Positions 8,100 to 17,407 of a stretch of 31,568 nt of DNA are shown here, one piece after another. Made by a program: the position numbers and the translations under genes. Every line of letters begins with the position of its first letter. The stretch's first letter is position 1. The stretch is from a virus (taxonomy: Duplodnaviria > Caudoviricetes): positions 1 to 31,568 of IMG/VR virus record IMGVR_UViG_3300020161_002333; one strand, given 5' to 3'. The notes beneath the pieces were generated by a model. It had not been told where the DNA came from and made no database searches. It saw only the letters and a list, made by a program, of their open reading frames with translations.

Positions 8100-8681
8100 C
8101 TATAATGTTAATAAGCCAGATTCTAATTGTTCACATAATAAGTTCATCTGTACTATTACTACCATCGCGTAACTAAGCGAATGTGCCTTTTTGAAATAAT
8201 ACCCGACATTAGCAGGTTTTTCCCATACTTCGGTCATTATCGTCGGCCAATCTTTCCCAATCAGATAGCGTTTCGCTGGTCTGATCATTGCTAGGACGGC
8301 AGCTAATTGTTCCACTGAAGTCGGCAATGTCTGTCTCAGAATATCGCCGTGTCCGTTCAAATGAAATAACAGATTCACAAACTCGTCTTTTTCTAAAAGT
8401 TCCCATAGTGGTTCGGTCTCCATCAAAGAAATTAAATGGTCATTATCACGAATGCCATTATACACATTTACATTCAAGAAATCAATCTTGAAATACCCTC
8501 GGTTGGTAGCTTCCTTATAATCAATTGTACTAAGATTAGTTATTGGATTATAAGGAATTGTATGAACATACACACCGGTATTGTGTGCTACTAGTTCTGT
8601 GTCTGTTTGTCTAGATGCTACAACATGCTTTATTTTTTCTAAAGCATGTTTTCTATCTGCAAAATCAATATCAATATCCAT
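8100..8681 (-). CDS. minimal family C (DnaE-like) DNA polymerase core
   Basis: DIDIDF, HNTGVY, GYFKIDFL, LAMIRP and YYFKKAHSLSYA occur in DnaE order within 193 aa. Confidence 0.8.
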   Translation of the reverse strand: MDIDIDFADRKHALEKIKHVVASRQTDTELVAHNTGVYVHTIPYNPITNLSTIDYKEATNRGYFKIDFLNVNVYNGIRDNDHLISLMETEPLWELLEKDEFVNLLFHLNGHGDILRQTLPTSVEQLAAVLAMIRPAKRYLIGKDWPTIMTEVWEKPANVGYYFKKAHSLSYAMVVIVQMNLLCEQLESGLLTL

Positions 8682-8854
8682 TAGTGTAATACATCTGACT
8701 CGAATAACATTAATGGTAGGTATTTTACTAAAAATTCTGCATAGGATTCAGCTTCATATGCTGATTTAAAACCTGTTAATTTAACATATATATCGGTATC
8801 GTCTTCTTCTGTTATAAAGACTTGTACATCTAAAGGTATTGCATTATTTTTCAT
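8681..8854 (-). CDS. small hypothetical protein (57 aa, absent from the ORF track)
   Basis: MKNNAIPLDVQVFITEEDD...FESDVLH; ATGA overlap with the upstream stop and TAATG overlap with the downstream start. Confidence 0.75.
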   Translation of the reverse strand: MKNNAIPLDVQVFITEEDDTDIYVKLTGFKSAYEAESYAEFLVKYLPLMLFESDVLH

Positions 8855-9561
8855 AAGTTTGATTCCTTAACTACTTGTTTAACCATATCGGTATCGGATT
8901 GTAATCGTTTAAATTTAACTAACCAAAATTGTGGATCAATGACTGAGCTTATTAACTGCAATTGTTCATCGTTTAATTTTTTTAATAGCTGTTTACCCGT
9001 TGTTGAATTTAAAATTAACCATGGACTTACTTTCCCATCTTTGATATCATATGTAGCCCTTGAAAGACTAACATATAAAAAGTAATGATCCCATGATGAG
9101 TTGTTATCGTCAGCCCATTTTAACATATGATTTATACTACGCTGTAATGCTGTTTCTACGTTTTCAGATCGTATTAACTCTACTACGTACTTATCATATA
9201 ATTCATCTCTACACCAATGATCTAATTTAACACCACTTTTAATTACATATTCAATAAAGTGATTCGGATATAACGGGTTTACATTACTGACAAAACTACC
9301 AAACTTAACAAATGCATTGTAATATGGGCTTTTTGAAAATTCATCATATGTTTTTTCATGCTTTGCATTTTGAGTTAATTTGTAAAATCGTTGATACGTA
9401 TCAAATCCAATAACTACATGTTTTTCAGTCTGAGCAAGTGCTCTACGTTTTGGTTCACATACATGAATAAATAATGTATGTGGTTTTTTAAATACTTTAT
9501 TACAATATAAGCACTTATTTTCAGAGGAAGTTTCCATATGTTTTTTATCTTCATTATGCAT
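8851..9561 (-). CDS. hypothetical protein with an N-terminal zinc finger
   Basis: CLYCNKVF...HVC motif; 236 aa in the operon. Confidence 0.7.
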   Translation of the reverse strand: MHNEDKKHMETSSENKCLYCNKVFKKPHTLFIHVCEPKRRALAQTEKHVVIGFDTYQRFYKLTQNAKHEKTYDEFSKSPYYNAFVKFGSFVSNVNPLYPNHFIEYVIKSGVKLDHWCRDELYDKYVVELIRSENVETALQRSINHMLKWADDNNSSWDHYFLYVSLSRATYDIKDGKVSPWLILNSTTGKQLLKKLNDEQLQLISSVIDPQFWLVKFKRLQSDTDMVKQVVKESNL

Positions 9562-9586
9562 TAAATAAATTACTAAGTAAATAACA

Positions 9587-10075
9587 TTATTTTAATATTT
9601 TATGTATTTCGGTGTCTGAAAATCCACATTCGATTGCTAGTTCTTTAATTTCTTTATTACTCATTATACTAGCCATCAATTCAATTTCATCCATTTTTTT
9701 GTTTTTGTAAACATCTGCCAAGAATTTTACTTTCTTGTTATCATTATTTTCTTTCTTTTTGTTTCCAATCCATTCATGATAAAATGTTGTTTTTTTATCA
9801 TAACTACAAATACACAATAAAAACCATAAAAGTTTTGGATGTTTTTGTATTACATTCCAATTTTTATTATAAAATTCATTCACAGATAGTACATAATGTT
9901 CCTGTACTTCTTTATTTTTTATTTTTACATTACTGATGTATCTGTTTAGGTTCCACAAATCACCGATGATATCTTTACGACCATCATCGGTTGATGCATC
10001 CCATAATTCCATTATTGCTAAATCAACGGCTGGTATCATGTCTTTAAACAAATCTACGTGTGCATTCTTTCCCAT
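9587..10075 (-). CDS. putative clamp loader small subunit (gp62-like)
   Basis: Size, LNRYIS...VNE...W pattern and context resemble gp62; recognition is tentative. Confidence 0.5.
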   Translation of the reverse strand: MGKNAHVDLFKDMIPAVDLAIMELWDASTDDGRKDIIGDLWNLNRYISNVKIKNKEVQEHYVLSVNEFYNKNWNVIQKHPKLLWFLLCICSYDKKTTFYHEWIGNKKKENNDNKKVKFLADVYKNKKMDEIELMASIMSNKEIKELAIECGFSDTEIHKILK

Positions 10076-10097
10076 GTATGTCCCTATTATATTATGT

Positions 10098-10604
10098 TTA
10101 TGTTAACTTATCAAGGTGAATTATTTCGCTCTGTCTTGATACTTCTTTTACGAAGTATGCACATGGTGGTTTAGAACCAGTCGTTAGTGGTGTTGATAGT
10201 AGCTGACCATTCTTCATTTTTGGAAAATACCATTTTACATCATTATAGAAATTTATGATTTCGACTGGTTGAAATTCCAATCTGTATGAACTTAATGGAT
10301 TGTACACAAATGCTTCAAACCCTCTATCATTTAAACTGGTCAATGGTAGTATTTCTATGTTAGCGGCACTATTACTATCACCAACTGCAATACACCAATC
10401 CAATGGCATTGTTATTTCATTATCACCTATTTTCAACACCATCGCTGGTGAATTAAATGATTCTAAAAATATAAGTGGAACAAAGAAAAAATCCGGATCT
10501 TGTGGATTACTGTTATCTAAAACAGCGAATCGAGTTGTATCATCCACTTCATCTGGAAGATTATTTAATGAGAATGATATATTATCTAATGTTAAAATTT
10601 GCAT
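10098..10604 (-). CDS. hypothetical protein
   Basis: 168-aa ORF starting 4 nt after the uvsW stop. Confidence 0.75.
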   Translation of the reverse strand: MQILTLDNISFSLNNLPDEVDDTTRFAVLDNSNPQDPDFFFVPLIFLESFNSPAMVLKIGDNEITMPLDWCIAVGDSNSAANIEILPLTSLNDRGFEAFVYNPLSSYRLEFQPVEIINFYNDVKWYFPKMKNGQLLSTPLTTGSKPPCAYFVKEVSRQSEIIHLDKLT

Positions 10605-10607
10605 AAT

Positions 10608-13193
10608 TTATTTGTTCCAATCTACTTTGTTGACTGAAAAATTATATTTGGCTTCTTTGTAGAATTTTTTACGTTCAGTAAGGTGACGCTTCGCAAATTT
10701 ACATGTGGATGTGATGTCCCATATTTCAACAAAGTCTTTGTCTTTTGCTTTTCTAACACCTCGCCCAATAGATTGTATAACCCTAGTAAAGCTTTTTCCG
10801 GGTTCCAACAGAACCAAATTAAATATACGGGGGATATTAAGACCAACAGCAGCAACACCATAGGTCGCCACAATAAGCTTGTTGTCGCTTGTTTTAACTT
10901 CATCATATTCATCTTTTCTGTCCTTAGATTTTACATTACCATGAATGAACACCGAATCTTCAATTTCATTGATAATAAAATTGCCAGTATCAATCCTATT
11001 AACTAATACCAATGTATTACCAAACTTAGTAATATCTCGGATTAAGTTACTTATATATCGCATTCTTTCTTCGTTAGTAACTAGATATTTAACTTCATCA
11101 GAATATGATCTAAATTCTGGTATATCAATAAGTTGTTGAATATTAACATGGCACTGTGACAAAACACCCATTTCCTGCAATTCATATGCTTTAATTCCAC
11201 CAACTACTTGTCCAATGCTTGCAAAAATGCTTTCATATTCATATTTTTCTTTCGGAATAGTACCAGTTAATCCCCATCGTATTGGGGCATTGCACAAATT
11301 TTGAGTTAAGAGATTTTTCAATACATCAGCCTTGGCCATGTGTACTTCATCAACTATCACAGCTTTAACATCGTCTAAAAACTCAGCTAATGTTAAAATA
11401 TCATGTTCTTGGTTTTTACTCTTTTTATCTAAAATATTAAGACTTTGCCATGTACATATAGTGTGAGTTTTATATAAATCTTTACGATCTCCATAATAAA
11501 CTCCAACATCCAATCCACAATTAATGAAATCTTCTTCTGTTTGTTCAACTAATGATTTATTAGGAACAATGATAATTGTTCTACCAAATTGTTCACATAT
11601 CTGAGATAAGGTAGCAGTCGTAATAGTATTATGAGTAACAATGTAATTATCAGTAATATACAAATGTTCTGGGTCATCTATAAGAATACACTTGACCTCA
11701 TCTGAACCAATTTTTTCAATCTTCTCTATGTTTAACTTTAATGTTGGACCATATTGATAAAACAAATTTGTTTTATCAATTTTTCGTTGTAATGATGCCA
11801 GTTCCCAGGGAGTAACATATTTTGTTGAAACACGATATGAAGTTTTTCCGAATTTTACCTCGTTATTATAATTATATCTATTCTTTTCTTTAGTGGTGAT
11901 TTTTGCTATCCCACCAATACTCCATATTAATTGTTGAAAATCTAATGCCAATTGTTCACTAACTGAAGTAAAAGTTACACTGGATTTGTCAATAGTACCG
12001 TCACTATCAACTAAACCTCTAATTAATTCTATTCTCTGATTAAAACTAGAATTAAAATATATTTTTGGGATAAATTTATTGTGACTATATGTTTCACCTA
12101 ATCCTAACTCATTAATAATTTGTCTATATTCATTTAATGAAGTAGAATTATTATTTACTATATGACCAGTCTTATTTCTACTTTTTGTTTTCATCATTTC
12201 AGACTGACTAATTCTCATTTCATTTATATCTGCAAATTGGATGGTGTAATCATAATTTCCTAAATGTTTTACTTTATATTTCTTATTTAATTTGGTTTCA
12301 ACCTTACTAACAAGTTCGGCATCTGCTGTACTAAAGCTAATACGTCCATTTCTAAAACTACCATCTCCTAGTAAAAATCCTAGTAACCATGGATCCATTG
12401 GTAAGTCCATATCTTTATCATTATCTTGCATAGACACTAATGGTATACCAATAGCACGTTTTGTATTTGATTTTAATTTAATCAATTCGTCAGTTGATAT
12501 ATTTCTCCAATGACCAGAAGGAGTCCTCCAATCAATATTATAAACACGCCATAAATGATCTTTACATGATTTAGCAGTTCTGCCATCAGAAAATGTTAAT
12601 TGGTATATATCTTTAATACCAGGTTCAAAAACATTGATTACCTTGGATAGTTTACCAGTTGGTGTAACCACCAAATCTCCTATTTTAACATCTCCCATAG
12701 TTTTCCATCCAGTAGAAGTTAATACCAAACTATCTAGTGGTTGGCATTTACCAGCGCCTGTTGCAATCTCTTGCAAACTTTGTGGGTTTTCTAAAAATCT
12801 ATTAATTGCATCGACTTGATAGTCGCGTAACATAATAGGTTCACCTTCAGCCGGATGACCTTTAGGCCAAACTTTACCTTGATCTGCCCAATATGTTTCG
12901 GTTACTTTATTAAATTTTATTGCGATTGGATGTCTTTCATCAACTACATCTTCAATCTGAACACCCATTTTATTGAGGATTCCTAGTATTGTTTCTAGCT
13001 GGCTTAGATACCCATTACCACCTAATCCAAATAAACTAACACTTCCATCCCATCTTCCTAATTTGTAAGCTGGATGATATTTGGCATATGGTATTTCATA
13101 TTTAAAAGCCGCTGCTAATTTCTTTCTTGCATCAAGTGGTAGGTTTTCAAACTTGATGTTTACTTCATCTTTAATGACTAATCGTACTGCCAT
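10608..13193 (-). CDS. uvsW: UvsW-like SF2 DNA helicase with an intein
   Basis: LRDYQ Q-motif, TGAGK|T Walker A, DEVH, LTGT, QSIGRGVR; mature protein 488 aa. Confidence 0.92.
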   Translation of the reverse strand: MAVRLVIKDEVNIKFENLPLDARKKLAAAFKYEIPYAKYHPAYKLGRWDGSVSLFGLGGNGYLSQLETILGILNKMGVQIEDVVDERHPIAIKFNKVTETYWADQGKVWPKGHPAEGEPIMLRDYQVDAINRFLENPQSLQEIATGAGKCQPLDSLVLTSTGWKTMGDVKIGDLVVTPTGKLSKVINVFEPGIKDIYQLTFSDGRTAKSCKDHLWRVYNIDWRTPSGHWRNISTDELIKLKSNTKRAIGIPLVSMQDNDKDMDLPMDPWLLGFLLGDGSFRNGRISFSTADAELVSKVETKLNKKYKVKHLGNYDYTIQFADINEMRISQSEMMKTKSRNKTGHIVNNNSTSLNEYRQIINELGLGETYSHNKFIPKIYFNSSFNQRIELIRGLVDSDGTIDKSSVTFTSVSEQLALDFQQLIWSIGGIAKITTKEKNRYNYNNEVKFGKTSYRVSTKYVTPWELASLQRKIDKTNLFYQYGPTLKLNIEKIEKIGSDEVKCILIDDPEHLYITDNYIVTHNTITTATLSQICEQFGRTIIIVPNKSLVEQTEEDFINCGLDVGVYYGDRKDLYKTHTICTWQSLNILDKKSKNQEHDILTLAEFLDDVKAVIVDEVHMAKADVLKNLLTQNLCNAPIRWGLTGTIPKEKYEYESIFASIGQVVGGIKAYELQEMGVLSQCHVNIQQLIDIPEFRSYSDEVKYLVTNEERMRYISNLIRDITKFGNTLVLVNRIDTGNFIINEIEDSVFIHGNVKSKDRKDEYDEVKTSDNKLIVATYGVAAVGLNIPRIFNLVLLEPGKSFTRVIQSIGRGVRKAKDKDFVEIWDITSTCKFAKRHLTERKKFYKEAKYNFSVNKVDWNK
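11628..12746 (-). mobile_element. contiguous 373-aa intein with a LAGLIDADG endonuclease in the UvsW Walker A
   Basis: CQPLDS...VTHN|T; LLGFLLGDG and IRGLVDSDG motifs. Confidence 0.95.
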
Positions 13194-13239
13194 TCACTAA
13201 TCCTTGTGTTTTCATTTTCATCCTTGAAAATATGTTATA

Positions 13240-14409
13240 TTACCATTTGAATGAATTAAATGGTTCGTCTTTTGAGTATGTTATGATTAAATCACAACAG
13301 CTCGCATATACTGATGTTTTAGAATTTCTTAATCCATTACCAAGTGAGATAATACTCATTGGTTCCCATTCTGATTTTAAGAAAAATTTTGGCAAATTAT
13401 TGTTAGTTATACCTGCAACTTTTAACTCTCGATCCATTCGTGCATTGTAGTTATTATCAGCAATGAATGTATTAAATTGCTTGCCAGTTACGTTATCTAA
13501 CCTAAAGTAGATACCAATCTTATCATTAATACCGTTTACTGAAAGAGCATCTGAAATAGATTCTAATATTGAAAATGCCTTATCAATATTAGAATTATCA
13601 AATATAAATAGAATAGGTAATCGATTTAATTCTCGTAACGATGAAACAAGTTCAGTCAATGAGTATTTGGTATTATCTATCCATAATCTAGTTTTGAGTC
13701 GTTTTGCTATAATTTCTGTCAATGAGTGTGTGTCGTTAACTTCATTATAAAATGAATTATCTATTTGATATTGATATCTTAAACGACGATCCGCTATAAT
13801 TAATGAATTTATTGGGGTATCTACCCCAATATCATTCATAATATAAGTCCGTGCATCTTCATCTGCAATATTAGTTAGTGAAAATTTTTCACTAACTTCT
13901 CTGGCATTCCAAGAACAAATAGTATCGTAATATTCTAAAATTTCATCACTAATATCAAATCCAAGTGGTTTCAAATTATCAACTAATTCAACTATAGATT
14001 TTTCAGTCAGGGTAGTTACATATTCCTTACCATTTACAATGGGTGTAATAAGGATTGATTTACCTAAATTCATCATCAATGATCTAAAAGAATTAGAATA
14101 ATTTGATTCTATTAGAATCTGTTTATCCTCATTTATGCTAATCTTTTTAATAATTTCTATATTACGAAATGGTTTAGACCAAGTGTTATTACCAATTATT
14201 TCACGTATTTCAGGTTCTACTTGTCGTAGAACTGAGACAGTTTTTATCATAAGTTCTATACAAAACTTAGATTGACCTTCCGTTAAGAATACATGATGTT
14301 TAATTGTTGAAACTAATCCACGGAATGCTTTTATATCCTCTTTCAGGAGGAATTGTTCAATTTGAGGATGATTAACTATCGATATTAAAGCTTGGTCTAT
14401 TGTTTTCAT
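13240..14409 (-). CDS. hypothetical protein
   Basis: 389-aa ORF with its own sigma70 promoter. Confidence 0.75.
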   Translation of the reverse strand: MKTIDQALISIVNHPQIEQFLLKEDIKAFRGLVSTIKHHVFLTEGQSKFCIELMIKTVSVLRQVEPEIREIIGNNTWSKPFRNIEIIKKISINEDKQILIESNYSNSFRSLMMNLGKSILITPIVNGKEYVTTLTEKSIVELVDNLKPLGFDISDEILEYYDTICSWNAREVSEKFSLTNIADEDARTYIMNDIGVDTPINSLIIADRRLRYQYQIDNSFYNEVNDTHSLTEIIAKRLKTRLWIDNTKYSLTELVSSLRELNRLPILFIFDNSNIDKAFSILESISDALSVNGINDKIGIYFRLDNVTGKQFNTFIADNNYNARMDRELKVAGITNNNLPKFFLKSEWEPMSIISLGNGLRNSKTSVYASCCDLIITYSKDEPFNSFKW

Positions 14410-14416
14410 AATAGGT

Positions 14417-14445
14417 ATTATACAATAATATTAAAAGAAAGTCAA
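14417..14445 (-). promoter_or_regulatory. sigma70 promoter
   Basis: TTGACT (14440-14445), 17-nt spacer, TATAAT (14417-14422); ATG follows after 7 nt. Confidence 0.8.
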
Positions 14446-14462
14446 GTACTATGTACTTGACT
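14431..14462 (-). terminator. terminator after uvsY, overlapping the next -35 box
   Basis: AGTCAAGTAC-N3-GTACTTGACT perfect stem followed by TTCTTTT on the minus strand. Confidence 0.65.
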
Positions 14463-14467
14463 AATAA

Positions 14468-14923
14468 TTATATGGTTGCGTCTTCCATTCCAGCTACTCG
14501 TAATTTGATGATATTATTAATAGAGTATGATTTAGATTCAAGGGCTTTGGTTATACCTAACCATTTATTTCTTACCAATGCAAATTCATTAATTACTTTT
14601 TCGAAATCTACCACTTCGGCTTCACCTTCAACGAATCTATCACATTCTTTCTGTGATAGCATTCTATTATAGCTTTCTAGATATTTTCTAAAATGAAATG
14701 CTTTTATACGGCGAAGTTCAATATTAAGATATTCTAATATTGCCTCCATTTCTTGGAGTTGACCATATCTATGTTCAACAATCCCTGGCATTGATGCTGC
14801 CGCCTTTTCTAAATTACCTGTAAGTCTACATTCTGAAGATGCATTGATTAATTCATCCTCAAAATAATCAATGCATAATGGAAGTTTAGTGATATCTCTC
14901 GTTATTTGAGAATACCAATTCAT
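14468..14923 (-). CDS. uvsY: UvsY recombination mediator
   Basis: Helical 151-aa protein ending KALESKSYSINNIIKLRVAG, near uvsX. Confidence 0.75.
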   Translation of the reverse strand: MNWYSQITRDITKLPLCIDYFEDELINASSECRLTGNLEKAAASMPGIVEHRYGQLQEMEAILEYLNIELRRIKAFHFRKYLESYNRMLSQKECDRFVEGEAEVVDFEKVINEFALVRNKWLGITKALESKSYSINNIIKLRVAGMEDATI

Positions 14924-15162
14924 TAAAAATCCAATTCGTTATAATCATCATCTTCATCAACCTCGTCATCGTTTTCAAGATAATAAGAGATTGCTTGATC
15001 TAATATTGCATCTACGCCAATTGCGTTTTGGAGAACTCTATCACGTACCCCCAAATCTGTTAATAATTCTACGTAACGTTCTGCTACTATATCGATTTGT
15101 TTCTTGTCGAGATAGTCAGCAAATAAAATCCATACTTCACCGATTTGTGCTTCATTTAACAT
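14923..15162 (-). CDS. small acidic hypothetical protein
   Basis: 79 aa; TAATG overlap with uvsY. Confidence 0.7.
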   Translation of the reverse strand: MLNEAQIGEVWILFADYLDKKQIDIVAERYVELLTDLGVRDRVLQNAIGVDAILDQAISYYLENDDEVDEDDDYNELDF

Positions 15163-15168
15163 CTTATT

Positions 15169-16290
15169 TTATTCTCCAGTATTTGTTTCGTCAATTAAAA
15201 TTTCGCCAGTTTCATAATCAACATCGAAATCTGCAACCGATGTATCATTCGCAACTGAACGTGATAATGGTTTTTCAGAAAAATCATTCATCATTAGATC
15301 TAAACAACCATTACTATTTCTAAGCCATTCCTTGCGGAATTGTTTAATAGAACTGCCATCAGAAAAATCATATCGTAAGCTATTTCCATCTTTCACTAAC
15401 AGTTTTTGATGTTCAAAGAAGTCAACCAAGCCACTATATGGATTCATACCAGTAGTGTATGGTATTCTGATTTCCAATTCTTCAAATGGTTTAGCATAAC
15501 GTGTTTTCATAATTTTACACTTTGCTCTAATGCCATTTACAGTTGTGGTTTTAACACCGTCTTCATCTTCTTTTAACTTCAATTTCTTCATGGCAACCAC
15601 AATAGAACTTGCATAAATGAAACCTTGTCCGCCAGAAATTTTGTCATCCGGATCGAACATGTCTTGACTAACGTAACTATGGTTAGTTGCAACTAATCCA
15701 ACATTTTGAGCGCCAAACATATTAACGCAATTACGAACTAAAGCGGTAAGTGCTTTAGGTTTACGACCCATATCACCTTTTAAATTACCAGCTTCAAATT
15801 GATCAACATCAGTTGGTGTTAAAAGCATACCTAATGAGTCAACAACAAATAAAACTTTTGGTTTTTCATCATCACCCATTTCTTTATAACCTTTCATAAA
15901 CTCACTAATAGTTTTTGCTACGTCATCGATCATAGCCATGTTAAGTTTGAGAAGTTTATCTTCGCTAGTATCAACGCCTAAATCATGCAACCATTTTTCA
16001 TCAAGTGCATTTTCGGAGTCAATTAATACAACATAAATATCTTGTTGTTGAGCATGTTTAATGATATTACCAGAACAGATATATGATTTACCAGCACCAG
16101 ATTCTCCGGCAAATACCGTGACTTTACCTAGTGGTATACCTTTATTAAAATCTGAACTTATAAGATAGTTTAATGCATAGTTTCCTGTTGAAACCCAATC
16201 AGTAGGATCATTGAATCCTACACCTAATCCGTCAATACTTTTGGTTAGGGTTTTTCTGAATTTTGTTAAATCGAAAGCTTTAGAAGCCAT
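15169..16290 (-). CDS. uvsX: UvsX/RecA-like recombinase
   Basis: GESGAGKS Walker A, IDSENALD, VVDSLG, TNH, SGGQG. Confidence 0.93.
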   Translation of the reverse strand: MASKAFDLTKFRKTLTKSIDGLGVGFNDPTDWVSTGNYALNYLISSDFNKGIPLGKVTVFAGESGAGKSYICSGNIIKHAQQQDIYVVLIDSENALDEKWLHDLGVDTSEDKLLKLNMAMIDDVAKTISEFMKGYKEMGDDEKPKVLFVVDSLGMLLTPTDVDQFEAGNLKGDMGRKPKALTALVRNCVNMFGAQNVGLVATNHSYVSQDMFDPDDKISGGQGFIYASSIVVAMKKLKLKEDEDGVKTTTVNGIRAKCKIMKTRYAKPFEELEIRIPYTTGMNPYSGLVDFFEHQKLLVKDGNSLRYDFSDGSSIKQFRKEWLRNSNGCLDLMMNDFSEKPLSRSVANDTSVADFDVDYETGEILIDETNTGE

Positions 16291-16302
16291 TGAAATCCTC
16301 CG

Positions 16303-16335
16303 TGAAAAGAAGTAGGGAGATCCTTCTCCCTACTT
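16303..16335 (-). terminator. intrinsic terminator after ssb
   Basis: 11-bp stem AAGTAGGGAGA-AGGA-TCTCCCTACTT followed by CTTTT on the minus strand. Confidence 0.8.
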
Positions 16336-16344
16336 ATATTGATA

Positions 16345-17334
16345 TTACTGAGCTTGATTGCGACTGCGAATCATAGCTAAGATATCAGCAGCTCGGTTAT
16401 CACCACTTGCTGGAGTTGATTCAACCACATAGGTATCTTCAACAACAGGTGTTGATTCAACTACTGGTGTTGGAGCATAAGTTGCAACTGGTGCTACATC
16501 TGGGTTTGATTGTTTATTTGGATCCCCAGTTTGTTGGCTCATGCCAGCAGGTCTGTAATATTGACCCCAACGTTCCATATCAAATGCTTCACCATCAACC
16601 GAAGCTTCAAACATTTCTTTAATAACTTTCATTTCTACATCACCTGGTTTTTTAGGTAAAAAGTCAGTTAAATTATACAAGCCATGGTTATTTACAGCGT
16701 CTAGTTCATTATCTACTAATGGACGTGTACGACGACTCCAGTTTGAAGTAGAATAATCAGCATAGCCGCCTTTGCTACCTTTTTTCAAACGGAAATCTAA
16801 ACCGTTGATATAATCTGTTGGTAAATCTTCTAATTCTGGATCAACTAATGCTGAACGAATTAATGTAAAGATCTGTGGACCGATAATGAATCTGCGGATT
16901 GGATTTTCTGGTTTTTCTTTTTCATTAAGACCATCTTCAGTTACAAAACCTTGAAAGACATACGATTTTTTCTTCCAATATTTACGGCCCATATCTTCTA
17001 ATGCTGGATCTTTGAACCAAGGTCTTACTTCTGATAAGATCTGACATGTTGAACCATCGTTGTACATTTCAACACATGGTACTTGTACTGTTACTTCTTT
17101 TGATTCTGCTTCACCTTTAATTCCTTGGAATGGAAGTTTAATCATTTGTCTTTCAACCCAGAAAAAGGTATTGTTTTGGTCACCATCAGGTAAAAATCTT
17201 AATACTGATTCTTTACCTTCTTGTATGTTCCAGAATGGATAGATAGAGTTATCTGTGAATGTTCTTGATGAGTTATCTGAACCACGTGATTCAGCTTGTT
17301 TCAATTTTGCTCTGATTTCGGCAAGTGTAGTCAT
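16345..17334 (-). CDS. 32: gp32-like single-stranded DNA-binding protein
   Basis: LRFLPDGD, GLDFRLKK, GYADYSTS and a low-complexity tail; upstream of uvsX. Confidence 0.88.
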   Translation of the reverse strand: MTTLAEIRAKLKQAESRGSDNSSRTFTDNSIYPFWNIQEGKESVLRFLPDGDQNNTFFWVERQMIKLPFQGIKGEAESKEVTVQVPCVEMYNDGSTCQILSEVRPWFKDPALEDMGRKYWKKKSYVFQGFVTEDGLNEKEKPENPIRRFIIGPQIFTLIRSALVDPELEDLPTDYINGLDFRLKKGSKGGYADYSTSNWSRRTRPLVDNELDAVNNHGLYNLTDFLPKKPGDVEMKVIKEMFEASVDGEAFDMERWGQYYRPAGMSQQTGDPNKQSNPDVAPVATYAPTPVVESTPVVEDTYVVESTPASGDNRAADILAMIRSRNQAQ

Positions 17335-17407
17335 ATTATTTCCCTATATTTAATTTAATTAATTTAATTTCCCTGGCAGTTGTTGTTTATACACGCACTG
17401 CACGTGT
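17335..17407 (-). promoter_or_regulatory. putative H-type pseudoknot plus AU-rich translational operator of ssb
   Basis: mRNA reads ACACG U GCAGU G CGUGU AUAAACAACA ACUGC (17376-17407), then AAUUA repeats up to the start codon. Confidence 0.65.

Noticed and set aside
17376-17407. preQ1-I riboswitch interpretation of the ssb pseudoknot
   Set aside because: The 7-nt loop looks too short for the aptamer, and the gene context fits gp32 autoregulation better.
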